The notes: a model not told the origin generated them from the letters alone. Counted from the stretch's first letter, positions 38,093-49,193 are shown. The stretch is 64,000 nucleotides of DNA from an uncultured Poribacteria bacterium (GCA_958296135.2 CATQHZ020000001.1:4000001-4064000), one strand, 5' to 3'. A program made the numbers and translations.

Positions 38093-39580
38093 TTATGAAA
38101 TCAATTTCCGTAAGGTGCGGATGGGCGTGCTCTCCGAGAACCATTGCCCCGCCACGCGCCACACACTGCTCGAAAACGTCGGATACACGTGCATCATCCC
38201 GCTCAACTTCCGGAGCGGTATTCCCTGCCGCATCGCCAGCACGTATTCATGGAGAACCTCTCCCGCATGCGCGCCGACAAGGTGAACCCCCAATATCTTC
38301 CCGCGCCACCGGCTCGCGATAACTTTAGTAAAGCCGCGCGTCTCGCCTTCAGCGACTGCCCTGTCCACGTCCGCCTGCGCGAGGGTGAAGACATCAACAT
38401 CGCCATATTTTTCGCGCGCTTCTACCTCGGTCAAGCCGCATCGCGCTACCTCAGGCTCACAAAACGTCGTCCACGGCACGACAGAATAGGCAATCTTCTT
38501 GGAGAAAGGAAAGAAGATATTCCGCAAAATCAGTTGCGCTTGATAAGCGGCGACGTGCGTGAAAAGATAATGCCCGATGACATCGCCCGCCGCATAGATA
38601 TTTTTCACGTTCGTCTGCAGTTTGCTGTTAACCTCAATCCCGCGCGTGTTGACATTCACGCCGATTTCCTCAAGGCCGAGTCCTTCCACATTCGGCGCGC
38701 GCCCAGCGGCAATTAAGATTTTGTCAAATTGTTGTGATTCGGCACGGTTTTTATCGTCACGGAACGTAACGTTCAGCGAACTCTCGGCATGGCGAGGGAC
38801 AGGTTTCCCGCGCCCTACCGGAGGAGGGGCATCGCGGTTGTCAATGCGCGCAATCTCCGTGTTGAGGCGGATAGTCATTCCCTCCTCTCGGAGGAAGTCT
38901 AGCAAACACGCGGAGACATCAACATCTTCCTTCGTCAGAATTCGAGCTCCCCGTTGCGCAAAAGTCACCTCCGCCCCGAGGCGATGAAAAGCCTGTCCCA
39001 ATTCAACCCCAATCGGGCCTGCACCGACAACGAGCAGACGCTTAGGCAATGCTTCTAACTCCCAGACCGTTTCACTATCCAGATACTCACAGGTTTCTAT
39101 CCCAGGAATAGATGGCACAGCGGGCCGAGAACCGGTGCTGATGACAAACTTTTTGCTGGTGAGGGTTCGCGTTTGTCCGCTTTCGGTATCCTCAACGACG
39201 AACGTATTACGTGACGTAAAATGCCCACTGCCGAAGATGACATCAACCCCCATATCCCGAAATCTTTCAGGGTTATCGTGCGCCTCTTCGATTTTCTGCT
39301 GTGTGCTGCGCACATACGCCATCGCTTGCTGGAAATCGGGCGCGCGGTTGAAAACCTCACCCTCGCCGAAAAACCCATATTTTTCTGCATGCTGGAGCTC
39401 ATTCGCAACCTTCGCCACTTTGAGAAGTGCTTTGGACGGCACGCACCCTGTCCAGAGGCAATCTCCACCGATGCGGTGCTTCTCGATGAGCGCAGTTTTC
39501 TTACCCAACTTCGCACCTGCCACGGCGAGCACCAATCCCGCGCTGCCACCGCCGATAATTGTCACATCGTAGTTTGTCAC
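38093..39580 (-). CDS. Pyridine nucleotide-disulfide oxidoreductase (mercuric reductase/LpdA-like family)
   Basis: GGGSAG, GGDCLWTGCVPSK, GAGPIG, AGDV, HVYPT; lacks the MerA C-terminal CC pair. Confidence 0.9.
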   Translation of the reverse strand: MTNYDVTIIGGGSAGLVLAVAGAKLGKKTALIEKHRIGGDCLWTGCVPSKALLKVAKVANELQHAEKYGFFGEGEVFNRAPDFQQAMAYVRSTQQKIEEAHDNPERFRDMGVDVIFGSGHFTSRNTFVVEDTESGQTRTLTSKKFVISTGSRPAVPSIPGIETCEYLDSETVWELEALPKRLLVVGAGPIGVELGQAFHRLGAEVTFAQRGARILTKEDVDVSACLLDFLREEGMTIRLNTEIARIDNRDAPPPVGRGKPVPRHAESSLNVTFRDDKNRAESQQFDKILIAAGRAPNVEGLGLEEIGVNVNTRGIEVNSKLQTNVKNIYAAGDVIGHYLFTHVAAYQAQLILRNIFFPFSKKIAYSVVPWTTFCEPEVARCGLTEVEAREKYGDVDVFTLAQADVDRAVAEGETRGFTKVIASRWRGKILGVHLVGAHAGEVLHEYVLAMRQGIPLRKLSGMMHVYPTFSSSVWRVAGQWFSESTPIRTLRKLIS

Positions 39581-39594
39581 AGTCTTCTACCCTT

Positions 39595-39790
39595 GTAGGA
39601 GAGCCCTCCCCTCGGTAGGAGGGACATCCCTGTCCCGACACCTCCCCTCGGTAAGAGAGACATCCCGCGTCTCGATTATCCCCTCGGTAGGAGGGACATC
39701 CTGGTCCCGATATGAGTGAAAAAAACGCCCCGTAGGAGGGACCTCCTGGTCCCGATACCGCACCCATCGAGACCGGGAGGTCTCTCCTAC
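39595..39790. repeat. Family-B REP cluster
   Basis: GTAGGAGGGACATCC..GTCCCGA units. Confidence 0.8.
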
Positions 39791-39841
39791 AAGAACTAAC
39801 ATCGGAGGGTTGCGCGCCCCAACTACAGAAGGAATTTTGCA

Positions 39842-41389
39842 TTACCTTTTCATCCGCAGCACACGCCCCGGGAGTCGCCCCGTCGCATTTCCCGCTGCAA
39901 TGACAGGAACGCCGTTAACGAATACCCACTCCACACCGACAGGCAGTTGAACCGGTGCTGCCCAGGTCGACCGGGCTGCCACGGTATCCGGATTGAAAAT
40001 AACGATGTCCGCGGCAAGTCCACGGGCGATTCTACCCCTGTCAGCTAGGCGAAAGCGTTCCGCCGGAAATCCGCTCATTTTATACACAGCCTCCTTCAGA
40101 GAGACAAGCTTCCGTTCACGCACGAACTTGCCGAGATACTGCACAAAACAGCCGTAACTGCGCGGGTGTGGATGCGGAATATTGTAAACGCCATCGCTGG
40201 CAATCATCATGCGCGGATGCGCCGCCGTCCGGTCCAAAATCCGTTCGTTTTCTGCCGGCGATGTCGCCCACGGCATCACAGCGGTTTCAATGCAAGCCTC
40301 TTCGCGAACCAGGTCAAACCCGAATGCCGCGTGGGATTTGCCTTCACTTTTCGCCGCCTCGGCGAGCGGCATCCCGATAAAGCGACCGGAACGAGTATAA
40401 CCCACAATCTGGTTGCCTTCCCCCAATTCTTCCTGCAAATACGCAATCGATTTCTCGCGGACAGCCGGCTTCTCCAAATTTGCCAACATATCTGTCGGCG
40501 CACCTGTCTGAAACTCCATCGGCAGCATCATTGCGAGATGCGTCATGCCCGCAGGATAAAGGTAAGATTCAAACGTCAGATCGATGTCGTTCCTGTCAAC
40601 TTGCTCAAGCACCTCAGCGGCTTCTGCATCCACTCGTTCATGCGAGATATGTACCGGGATTTCGGCCTGCTGTGCGATGGCAATCGTCTCCTCCCACGCG
40701 CGTTTTCTGCCGACGAGACGGTAGCGGATATGCGCCGCATAAATGGCATCGTAAGCCGCCGCGATTTTTGAGAGAAACACTAACTCGCGTAAATCCGCAT
40801 TCGCCGACGGCTGATAGTCAAGTCCCAAACAGAGACAGCATGCCCCCGCTTCCAACCACTCGCGCGTGGCGCGTGCCATCGCCTTCAATTCGGCATCGGT
40901 AGCCGGACGCGCATCCCATCCCATCGCCCCAAGGCGCACGGCACAATGCGGCACCTGCGGATAGAGATTGGCTGGAATGCGGCCGTGAAAAATGTCCAAA
41001 TACGCATCAGGCGTTTGCCAATCCAGAGCCAATTTTGCATCGCCGTATGCAAATTGTGTATAGTGCCACAATTCTCCCGCGAGCTTTGGAGACAAAGGTG
41101 CCCAGCCGAAACCATCGGGAGCGGCCAAGTGTGTCGTCACGCCTTGACTGACAGCGGCGAACTGATCGCGGCCGCCAAGCAGCGCAATCTCGGAATGGAC
41201 ATGCACATCAACGAAGCCGGGACAGACGACGCTATCCTTCGCAGAAATCCGATGCGCCGTTTCCGCATCCCGAAGCACGCCGATAGCGGCAATTGTGTCG
41301 CCTTGAATGCCGATATCCGCAACGAACGGAGCCCGCTTGCCGGTGCCATCAACGATGCTCCCACCCTCAATTATCACATCAAATCCCAT
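39842..41389 (-). CDS. N-acyl-D-amino-acid deacylase family amidohydrolase
   Basis: PGFVDVHVH, QGVTT, HPRSYG, DIVIF; ATG 41389 after GGAGG. Confidence 0.88.
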   Translation of the reverse strand: MGFDVIIEGGSIVDGTGKRAPFVADIGIQGDTIAAIGVLRDAETAHRISAKDSVVCPGFVDVHVHSEIALLGGRDQFAAVSQGVTTHLAAPDGFGWAPLSPKLAGELWHYTQFAYGDAKLALDWQTPDAYLDIFHGRIPANLYPQVPHCAVRLGAMGWDARPATDAELKAMARATREWLEAGACCLCLGLDYQPSANADLRELVFLSKIAAAYDAIYAAHIRYRLVGRKRAWEETIAIAQQAEIPVHISHERVDAEAAEVLEQVDRNDIDLTFESYLYPAGMTHLAMMLPMEFQTGAPTDMLANLEKPAVREKSIAYLQEELGEGNQIVGYTRSGRFIGMPLAEAAKSEGKSHAAFGFDLVREEACIETAVMPWATSPAENERILDRTAAHPRMMIASDGVYNIPHPHPRSYGCFVQYLGKFVRERKLVSLKEAVYKMSGFPAERFRLADRGRIARGLAADIVIFNPDTVAARSTWAAPVQLPVGVEWVFVNGVPVIAAGNATGRLPGRVLRMKR

Positions 41390-41605
41390 CACATTCACCT
41401 CCTTTGTGTCAACGAGTCTAGCATGAAAAACTAAAGGTGTCAAGAAGAAAAGTGCGCGTGCAGGCCTATTTAGTTCCCCAAGCCCGAATTACAGAACAGG
41501 AGAACTGAAACGAAATGCAACCGCGCCACAATTATTTTCTTGACAAAAAAGATTCGTTATGATAGACTAAATGGACGATACATTACATTTTGGGGAGGAA
41601 TACAG

Positions 41606-42055
41606 ATGCATCAGGCGCACGCCGCAATTTTACTTCTCGTGACGCTGGCACTCGGCCTAAACGGCTGTGGAGAAAGTTCTTCCGGCGGAAGCGGACTCAC
41701 CGATGTCGGAAGAGGCGAACCGATTATCGTGGACGCTGTCATGGCAATCAGCGTCTTTGAAGAACGTCCCGACGGCATCACCGACACGTTCAACGCCGAT
41801 GTCAACGAACAAATCTTTTTGTGGATGTTATGGAACAATATTGAGGCACAACACACAGTTGAAGTGTCATGGTTCTCACCCGCCGATGACCTGGAGGATC
41901 CGCCGTTCTGGACAGAATCCCAGACCTTCACTTCAACAACCGGCGAGAAAATCACCTGGTTCTACATCGACACGCCCGCGGATACCGGCGAGTGGTTCGT
42001 GGAAATCTACCTCGATGGGGTTTTTGAACGGAGCCACATCTTCTGGATAGAATAG
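41606..42055 (+). CDS. Putative lipoprotein (Ig-like)
   Basis: Lipobox LNGC; promoter TTGACA-17-TAGACT at 41540-41568; GEWFVEIYLDG. Confidence 0.7.
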   Translation: MHQAHAAILLLVTLALGLNGCGESSSGGSGLTDVGRGEPIIVDAVMAISVFEERPDGITDTFNADVNEQIFLWMLWNNIEAQHTVEVSWFSPADDLEDPPFWTESQTFTSTTGEKITWFYIDTPADTGEWFVEIYLDGVFERSHIFWIE

Positions 42056-42099
42056 GATACCCCGTAGGCGCGGTTGCAAACCGCCCAAGGAAAACCCGC

Positions 42100-43185
42100 A
42101 TGGATAAACTCAAAATCGCACACATCGGCACAGGCAGACGCGGTGCCGGCACTTACCTCCCCATCATCGCGAAATTGACGGCAGACCTCGAGCTCGTCGC
42201 CGTCTGCGATGCACGCGAGGAAAGCGTCACCGAACAAGGCACAACATACAACGTCCCCGCTTACACCGACACCGAACGGATGCTGGACGAAGTGAAGCCG
42301 GATATCTGCGCCATCGTCATCACGCCGAGCAACAACCACATCCCGGGGCTCCTCTGCTCCGAACGCGGGGTAAGTTATTGCACCGAAACCCCCATTGACA
42401 CAGACCTCGGGTGGGCTGACAAAATGATAGCATCCGCGCAGGCGAACGGCACGAAGCTGGAGGTGAACGAGAACTATTATCGCGTCCCAACAGAACGGAT
42501 AAAACGGGAGATGATTCTCGCCGGTGTCTTCGGCAAAGTCAACGCCGCCTATAACGATTTCCGCGGGCACGGCTACCACGGCATCGGGCTTATCCGCAGC
42601 TATGTCGGCTTCGAGAATGAACCCATGCGCGTTTACGGCTTCCGGAAGAACTACGAGGTGCAGAATCACGTCTGGCGGACGGGGCAACCGCCGCGCAATA
42701 CCGAGGATTGGCAACACGCTATCATCGAGTTTGAAGACGGCGCAGTGGGGATTTTCAACTTCAGTAGCCTCTCTTACGGTTCGCCGCTGCGCGGGTTCAA
42801 CGGCTCCAAGTTTTACGCCGAACGCGGCATGTGCTTCCGAAACGAGGCAGTCATCCTCAACGAAAATGCCGACGAACAGCGCGCGGTGACTCTCACGCGG
42901 CGAATCAACAACGTGGGCGGTTATGAAACCCTCGCCGCACTCGTAGCAAACACGAAACCCGAAGTCATTTGGGAGAACCCGTTGCAGCAGTATCCGCTCA
43001 GCGATGGCGAAATCACCGTCGCATCGGAATTGATGAGCCTCGTCAACGCTGTCCGCAACAACACGGAACCGGAATACGGTGCCTACAACGGCCGGAAGGA
43101 CAGGGAAATTGACATAGCGATGGCACGTTCGTGGGCAAACAACGGCGCGCCCATCACCTTCCCGTTGACGTACGAAAGCCGATAG
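42100..43185 (+). CDS. Gfo/Idh/MocA family oxidoreductase
   Basis: IAHIGTGRRG, LVAVCD, ETP (EKP-like). Confidence 0.88.
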   Translation: MDKLKIAHIGTGRRGAGTYLPIIAKLTADLELVAVCDAREESVTEQGTTYNVPAYTDTERMLDEVKPDICAIVITPSNNHIPGLLCSERGVSYCTETPIDTDLGWADKMIASAQANGTKLEVNENYYRVPTERIKREMILAGVFGKVNAAYNDFRGHGYHGIGLIRSYVGFENEPMRVYGFRKNYEVQNHVWRTGQPPRNTEDWQHAIIEFEDGAVGIFNFSSLSYGSPLRGFNGSKFYAERGMCFRNEAVILNENADEQRAVTLTRRINNVGGYETLAALVANTKPEVIWENPLQQYPLSDGEITVASELMSLVNAVRNNTEPEYGAYNGRKDREIDIAMARSWANNGAPITFPLTYESR

Positions 43186-43205
43186 CGCACCGCTGCTAAT
43201 TTTCC

Positions 43206-43234
43206 TTGACATTCGCAACAAAATTCTGTATAAT
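43206..43234 (+). promoter_or_regulatory. Consensus sigma70 promoter
   Basis: TTGACA-17-TATAAT. Confidence 0.85.
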
Positions 43235-43278
43235 TGAATTGCACTCGCAGAAAAACAACGAAATCGGAGGAATCTCCC

Positions 43279-44178
43279 ATGTTAAAACCGTTTCGACTCA
43301 TGCTCACGCTCCTATTGCTCTTCAGTTTCAGCGTAACGCTGATGGGCAATGAGTGGGCAAATTACTATTTCCCCGACGCGCTGGAAAGCTACTGGCTCTA
43401 CGAAGACCAGGATGGCAACGAACTCACGCGCTACGCCGTGGAACCGGTGGACATTGATGGCCAAACGTATCGGGCCTTCAGTTACTCACCCCGACTTGAA
43501 GACTGGAAAGATTACCAGTACTACGTTCATCCTTATTTTTACAGCGTCGGTGACGAATGGGTAGCCTTTTTCGTCGGCAACGATGTCGAAAACGCAATAA
43601 AGGCCGTCACAGCGCAGCAGTGGGACGAAGTCCTCGCCGTAATGCGGCAGGAGATGAATAACCAACTCCCACCCGGGGTGAATGTCGACATAAACATGAC
43701 ATACGAACTTGAGGTGGAAGCGCAGGACTACTTCTATTTTCTGCCGACTCCCGCAACAGCCAATGAGGAATGGGAGGCCATGCGGGCCAACGTGAAAATG
43801 GACCTCAACATCAGCATCCAGAGCGATCTGGAGGGATTTCCACCCCTTAACCCGAACATTACGATGTACCTCACTATTGTGGAGACCGGAAACGTCGTGG
43901 ACACCGAAACCGTCGAGACAGAAGCCGGCACCTTTGAGGATTGCCTGAAAATTGAATACCGCACAGATGCAACGATGGAAACGTCACCGCCGATGGAAGA
44001 CGCAGAATCGCTGTTTTCAAACGAATACGGCGAAACCCTGACAACGCTCTGGTTAGCACCTAACGTCGGAATTGTCAAATTCGTCCAAGAATCCGAGGCC
44101 TTGGATACGGAGAAGACCTTGGAGTTAACGCAGTTCGAGCTCAAATCCGCTGAATCCGGAAGCGACAGCAGCAACTAA
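43279..44178 (+). CDS. Secreted TapB/DUF3108-like domain protein
   Basis: GGAGG RBS, signal peptide, [28 protein letters not shown]. Confidence 0.8.
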   Translation: MLKPFRLMLTLLLLFSFSVTLMGNEWANYYFPDALESYWLYEDQDGNELTRYAVEPVDIDGQTYRAFSYSPRLEDWKDYQYYVHPYFYSVGDEWVAFFVGNDVENAIKAVTAQQWDEVLAVMRQEMNNQLPPGVNVDINMTYELEVEAQDYFYFLPTPATANEEWEAMRANVKMDLNISIQSDLEGFPPLNPNITMYLTIVETGNVVDTETVETEAGTFEDCLKIEYRTDATMETSPPMEDAESLFSNEYGETLTTLWLAPNVGIVKFVQESEALDTEKTLELTQFELKSAESGSDSSN

Positions 44179-44193
44179 TCGGAGGGTTCCCTC

Positions 44194-45135
44194 ATGCGCA
44201 AACCGTTTTGCTTTTTACTGAGTGCCTTGCTCATATTCACCTCCAGCGCGACGCTGATGGGGAACGAATGGGCAAACTACTATTTCCCCGATACACTCGG
44301 AAGTTATTGGGGCTACGAAGACGAAAACGGCGACGAACTGACGCGCTACGCCGCAGAACCCGAAGAGGTTGATGGCGAAACCTATCGCGTCTTCCGCTAT
44401 GAACCTGCCCTAGACGATTGGGCAGATTATCTTTACCATGCTGCACCCTATTACTACCTCGTCGGTGACGAGTGGGTTGCCTCCTTGGCCGGCGAATACG
44501 TCAAAAACGCATTCACGGCACGGATAACCGAAGAATTGGAAATACTCCGCGCGATGGCGGAACAAGAAATGAGGCAACAAGGTATGCCTCCCGGTGTTCA
44601 CATCTCGCTGAGTTATGACGTTAGCGTTGAAGCGCAAGACTACTTCTATCTGCTCCCAACACCGGCTACCTTCAACGAAGAGTGGGATGCAACGCAGATA
44701 AATATCGAACTCACCTTGGGGATTGATATACAGGGCGATACCGCCATGTTTCAGGGCATGGAGGAGACACCAGATCTCAAACTGTACTTCACCATCGTTG
44801 AAACCGGGAACGTCACGGAAACTGAAACCGTGGAGACAGCGGCTGGCACGTTTGAAGATTGCCTGAAAATCGAATACCGCACCAAAACCACCGTTACCGC
44901 CTCCGAACCGATGGAAGGCGGGCCACCGCCAGTCCCGGGGGAAGCTGTCACGACACTGTGGCTGGCACCCAACGTCGGCATTGTGAAATTCGCGCAGGAA
45001 TCTCAGGCTGTTGTGTTAACACTGATGCCGCCGGCAGAATTTCAGGCTCCCATTACTGAGAGAAGCCTGGAATTAACGCAGTATGAAATCAAACCGACTC
45101 ATATAGGAGAACCCTCCGGTTCCGATAACGAATGA
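44194..45135 (+). CDS. Secreted TapB/DUF3108-like domain protein (tandem paralog)
   Basis: Colinear with 43279; [23 protein letters not shown]. Confidence 0.8.
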   Translation: MRKPFCFLLSALLIFTSSATLMGNEWANYYFPDTLGSYWGYEDENGDELTRYAAEPEEVDGETYRVFRYEPALDDWADYLYHAAPYYYLVGDEWVASLAGEYVKNAFTARITEELEILRAMAEQEMRQQGMPPGVHISLSYDVSVEAQDYFYLLPTPATFNEEWDATQINIELTLGIDIQGDTAMFQGMEETPDLKLYFTIVETGNVTETETVETAAGTFEDCLKIEYRTKTTVTASEPMEGGPPPVPGEAVTTLWLAPNVGIVKFAQESQAVVLTLMPPAEFQAPITERSLELTQYEIKPTHIGEPSGSDNE

Positions 45136-46118
45136 ACACGTTCTCCGTTTACCGCCCCCGGCGGCTCCGTGCAAATGAAAACCTGCGACGGCTCGTTCGC
45201 GAAACGAAACTGTCCATCGATGACCTTATCTATCCGATGTTTGTCGTTCACGGCAGGAACGTCGCAACCGAAATTTCGTCCATGCCGGGATGCTACCACT
45301 ACTCGGTAGACAATCTCGTCACCGCGGCGAAAGAGTTGGCAGCCCTCGGCATTCCCGGCACCATCTTGTTCGGTATCCCTGAGGAAAAGGACGCGCTCGG
45401 CTCCGAGGCATACGCCGACGATGGCATTATCCAACAGGCTGTTCGTGCGATTAAGGATGCCGTGCCAACTCTGCTCGTCATCACAGATGTCTGCCTCTGT
45501 GAATACACAGACCACGGGCATTGCGGCATCGTTGAAGCAGGTGACGTGCAAAATGACCGGACGGTGGCACTGCTCGTCAAGGAGAGTCTCTCGCATGCGC
45601 GCGCCGGGGCCGATGTCATCGCACCGTCAGATATGATGGACGGCCGCGTCGGCGCGATTCGCGAGGCGTTGGACATGGACGGATACTCGCACATCCCGAT
45701 TATGGCGTATGCTGCGAAATATGCGTCCGCTTTCTACGGGCCGTTCCGCGAAGCCGCCGAATCCGCGCCGCAATTTGGCGATAGACGCTCCTATCAGATG
45801 GACGCGGCAAACGCCGAAGAGGCACTCCGGGAAGTCGCATTGGATATTGAGGAAGGCGCGGATATCCTCATGGTGAAACCCGCGCTCGCCTATCTTGATG
45901 TCATCCACCGCGTGAAGACTGCATTTCAGACCCCGGTTGCCGCTTACAACGTCAGCGGTGAATACGCGATGATTAAAGCCGCCGCGCAAAACGGCTGGCT
46001 CGACGAACAGCGCGCTGCACTGGAGGCGTTGACAAGCATCAAACGCGCCGGGGCCGATATGATTTTAACCTATTTCGCGAAATCGGTTGTCAAATGGCTA
46101 TCACCTCTTCAACCGTAG
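45132..46118 (+). CDS. hemB: Porphobilinogen synthase
   Basis: [25 protein letters not shown]. Confidence 0.97.
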   Translation: MNTFSVYRPRRLRANENLRRLVRETKLSIDDLIYPMFVVHGRNVATEISSMPGCYHYSVDNLVTAAKELAALGIPGTILFGIPEEKDALGSEAYADDGIIQQAVRAIKDAVPTLLVITDVCLCEYTDHGHCGIVEAGDVQNDRTVALLVKESLSHARAGADVIAPSDMMDGRVGAIREALDMDGYSHIPIMAYAAKYASAFYGPFREAAESAPQFGDRRSYQMDAANAEEALREVALDIEEGADILMVKPALAYLDVIHRVKTAFQTPVAAYNVSGEYAMIKAAAQNGWLDEQRAALEALTSIKRAGADMILTYFAKSVVKWLSPLQP

Positions 46119-46178
46119 GGCAAGGGAAACCTGTCCCTCGCCAGGACGCGAGCACCCTCGTCATGAGGATACAAAAAA

Positions 46179-47462
46179 TTGGAAAACACTAAATCTTTAG
46201 CCGCATGGCAAAAATCACAACAATTTATCCCCGGCGGTGTCAACAGCCCGGTCCGCAATTTCAGCAAAGTGGAAGGCACACCGCGTTTTATGGAACGCGG
46301 CGAAGGCTCGAAAGTTTACGACATTGACGGGAACGAATATATCGACTACCTTGCCTCGTGGGGGCCACTCATTTTGGGGCATGCGCATCCGAGTGTCGTG
46401 GCCGCAATCACCGCCGCCGCCTCGCGCGGCACCAGTTTCGGCGCACCGACGACGCTAGAGACTGAACTCGCCGCGGAGATTGCCAACGCTGTGCCTTCTA
46501 TTGAACAGGCCCGCCTCGTCAACTCCGGCACTGAGGCAACGATGAGCGCGATTCGCGTCGCGCGCGGCTATACCGGCCGCAACAAAATCATCAAAATTGA
46601 CGGGTGCTACCACGGACACGTCGACTATCTGCTCGCCAAAGCCGGTTCGGGTGTAGCGACGTTTGGGCTCGCCGATAGCGGGGGTGTCCCCGAAGATTTT
46701 GCCCGCAATACGCTCACCGTGCCTTTCAACAACGCCGATGCAGTAAGCAAGACGATTGCGGCAAATCCCGATGAAATCGCGTGCCTCATCCTTGAACCTA
46801 TCATGGGCAACATGGGCATTATTCCGCCGCACGACGGTTACCTCCAAGAACTCCGTGACATCACGGCGGCGCACGGCATCGTCCTCATCTTCGACGAGGT
46901 GATTACCGGGTTTCGGGTGGCATACGGCGGCGCGCAAACCTACTATAACGTTACCCCGGACATGACATGCCTCGGAAAAATTATCGGCGGCGGCTTACCT
47001 GTCGGTGCTTATGGCGGAAAACGGGACATCATGCGCTGCGTCGCACCGGAAGGCGATGTCTATCAAGCAGGCACACTCTCCGGAAATCCGCTGGCTGTCA
47101 CCGCCGGCATCACGACACTGAAACACCTCGCCGAGCCGGGGGTTTACGAACAACTTGAACACCGCGCCACCGTGCTCGCAGACAGACTCGCCGAAGCAAC
47201 CAAAAAACATGGGGTTGACGCATGGCACAGCCGAGTCGGTTCCATGCTGATGCTCTATTTTACGCCGGAGACTGTCACCGATGCAGACGGCGCGCGCACC
47301 GCAGATACCGAACGCTATCGGCACTACTTCTGGGGGCTACTGGAACGGGGTGTCTATATCGCACCATCGCAATTTGAGGCAGGGTTCGTCTCCTTGTGCC
47401 ACTCGGAGGAGGATATTGACAACACCGTGAACGCCGCAACGCAGGTATTGGCGCAGCTCTAA
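46179..47462 (+). CDS. hemL: Glutamate-1-semialdehyde 2,1-aminomutase
   Basis: PGGVNSPVR, NSGTEA, FDEVITGFR, LGKIIGGG, SQFE. Confidence 0.97.
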   Translation: MENTKSLAAWQKSQQFIPGGVNSPVRNFSKVEGTPRFMERGEGSKVYDIDGNEYIDYLASWGPLILGHAHPSVVAAITAAASRGTSFGAPTTLETELAAEIANAVPSIEQARLVNSGTEATMSAIRVARGYTGRNKIIKIDGCYHGHVDYLLAKAGSGVATFGLADSGGVPEDFARNTLTVPFNNADAVSKTIAANPDEIACLILEPIMGNMGIIPPHDGYLQELRDITAAHGIVLIFDEVITGFRVAYGGAQTYYNVTPDMTCLGKIIGGGLPVGAYGGKRDIMRCVAPEGDVYQAGTLSGNPLAVTAGITTLKHLAEPGVYEQLEHRATVLADRLAEATKKHGVDAWHSRVGSMLMLYFTPETVTDADGARTADTERYRHYFWGLLERGVYIAPSQFEAGFVSLCHSEEDIDNTVNAATQVLAQL

Positions 47463-47554
47463 AGTCCAGTAGTTCATCTCTCCTTCAGTAAGAGAGAACT
47501 CGGAGTCCCGGTGAATCGGGAGGTTCCTCCTACTGAAGACAAATCATCTAAAAA

Positions 47555-48535
47555 ATGCCAAACTTTGATCAGATTGTCCAATTGATAGCCGATGACCTTG
47601 GTGCCGTTGAGGCGAAACTCACCGAACAAACGGCGAGCGAGTACAGTTTTGTCGACATGGCAGTCCAGCACGTCGTCAAAGGTGGCGGCAAACGGCTCCG
47701 TCCCATTCTCGTCGTGCTTTCAGCGAAAGCGTGCGGCTACGAAGGCTCCGATGCGCACACCCTCGCCGCCGTCGTGGAGCTCATTCACGTCGCCTCCCTC
47801 GTGCATGACGATGTCCTTGACGAAGCGAGCATTCGCCGCGGTCGCGAGACACTCCAGACGAAGTGGGGCAACAAAGTTGCCGTGCTCGTCGGCGATTATC
47901 TGCACGCGCGTGTCCTCTCGATGCTGGTATCCCGCCGCGCCGAGGACCCGGCCATGGAAATCCTCGCCGATACCACGCAGGCGATGTGCGAAGGCGAAGT
48001 CATACATGCCTACAAAAGCGGCGATTTTGACATCACCGAGGACGAGTATCTCAAAATTATCAGTTTCAAAACCGGGAAACTGATTGCCGCCTCTTGCACC
48101 CTCGGCGCGCACCTCGGCACAACCGATGAACGGCAAATCGCGGCACTCACAACATACGGACAACAAATCGGGACAGCCTTCCAGATTGTCGATGACTTGC
48201 TTGATTTCGTAGTGGCACCGGAGAAACTCGGAAAGAATGCATTCGGTGATCTGCGCGAAGGCAAACTCACCTTTCCCATCATCGTGGCCCGCTCCTACTG
48301 CGACGATGCAGAGAAAGATAAACTTGAACACGTGCTGAATCCGCATACCGACGAAGCAGCGGCGATAGCCTTCGTGCAATCCCTGTTTCAGCGGTACGAC
48401 GTTGGGCCTCACTGTTTGACAGTTGCGCAAACCTACGCAGACCGCGCCAAATCCGCATTGCAAGCGTTGCCCGATACCTCGGCGCGCACGGCGTTGGAGC
48501 AACTCGCGAATTATGTCGTCTCGCGGGATTCATAG
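47555..48535 (+). CDS. Polyprenyl diphosphate synthase (IspB/HepT-like)
   Basis: GGKRLRP, HDDVLD, QIVDDLLD. Confidence 0.93.
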   Translation: MPNFDQIVQLIADDLGAVEAKLTEQTASEYSFVDMAVQHVVKGGGKRLRPILVVLSAKACGYEGSDAHTLAAVVELIHVASLVHDDVLDEASIRRGRETLQTKWGNKVAVLVGDYLHARVLSMLVSRRAEDPAMEILADTTQAMCEGEVIHAYKSGDFDITEDEYLKIISFKTGKLIAASCTLGAHLGTTDERQIAALTTYGQQIGTAFQIVDDLLDFVVAPEKLGKNAFGDLREGKLTFPIIVARSYCDDAEKDKLEHVLNPHTDEAAAIAFVQSLFQRYDVGPHCLTVAQTYADRAKSALQALPDTSARTALEQLANYVVSRDS

Positions 48536-48570
48536 CGTTGGAAGAAGGGAAAACAAAGGAGATTTTTAAA

Positions 48571-49134
48571 ATGGGTTTCACTTGGTTTAATGTGAGCATT
48601 ATCGATGTTGGGGTGCTTAGCATTAGCCTTATTGGGCTCGTGTGGTTATATCGGGCGCACAAGGCTCTTAAGAAGGAAAATGAGAAGCTCCAGCAACAAA
48701 ACGCGGAATTCCAGCAACAACTGCTGATAGTTCAAAACGAAAACGCGGAACTTCAGCAACAAAACGTGGAACTCCGGCAACAAAACGCGGAATTCCAGCA
48801 ACAACTGCTGATAGTTCAAAACGAAAACGCGGAACTCCAGCAACAAAACGTGGAACTCCGGCAACAAAACGCGGAATTCCAGCAACAACTGCTGATAGTT
48901 CAAAACGAAAACGCGGAACTCCAGCAACAATTCCGCGAATTTCAGAGCACCGCCGATCGCCGATACAACACGTTGCAGGAAGAATACAACAGCCTGCGGA
49001 AGGCAAACGATAAACTCCGAAAGGAACTGGACGAAGTCAAACGCGATAACCAGTCCTTACGGAACAACTTCAACCAAATGACAGGCAGGTACCAGGAGAT
49101 CAAAGCCTTAATCCTGTCCGGTAGGTTGAAATAG
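48571..49134 (+). CDS. Membrane-anchored coiled-coil protein with 28-aa tandem repeats
   Basis: AAGGAG RBS before ATG 48571; TM helix; 84-bp repeat about 3x at ~48688-48930. Confidence 0.75.
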   Translation: MGFTWFNVSIIDVGVLSISLIGLVWLYRAHKALKKENEKLQQQNAEFQQQLLIVQNENAELQQQNVELRQQNAEFQQQLLIVQNENAELQQQNVELRQQNAEFQQQLLIVQNENAELQQQFREFQSTADRRYNTLQEEYNSLRKANDKLRKELDEVKRDNQSLRNNFNQMTGRYQEIKALILSGRLK

Positions 49135-49193
49135 TCCTCCGCTTGTGGCGACGCGCCTATCGGTTTTATAAGAAAAAATAGGAGGAAACGTTC

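Noticed and set aside
38093-39580. Mercuric reductase MerA
   Set aside because: No C-terminal Cys-Cys pair, no NmerA domain and no mer operon
42007-43221. Long antisense ORFs (404 aa here; also 33129-34211, 51858-52958, 62965-63888)
   Set aside because: Opposite well-supported genes; expected from codon bias in GC-rich DNA
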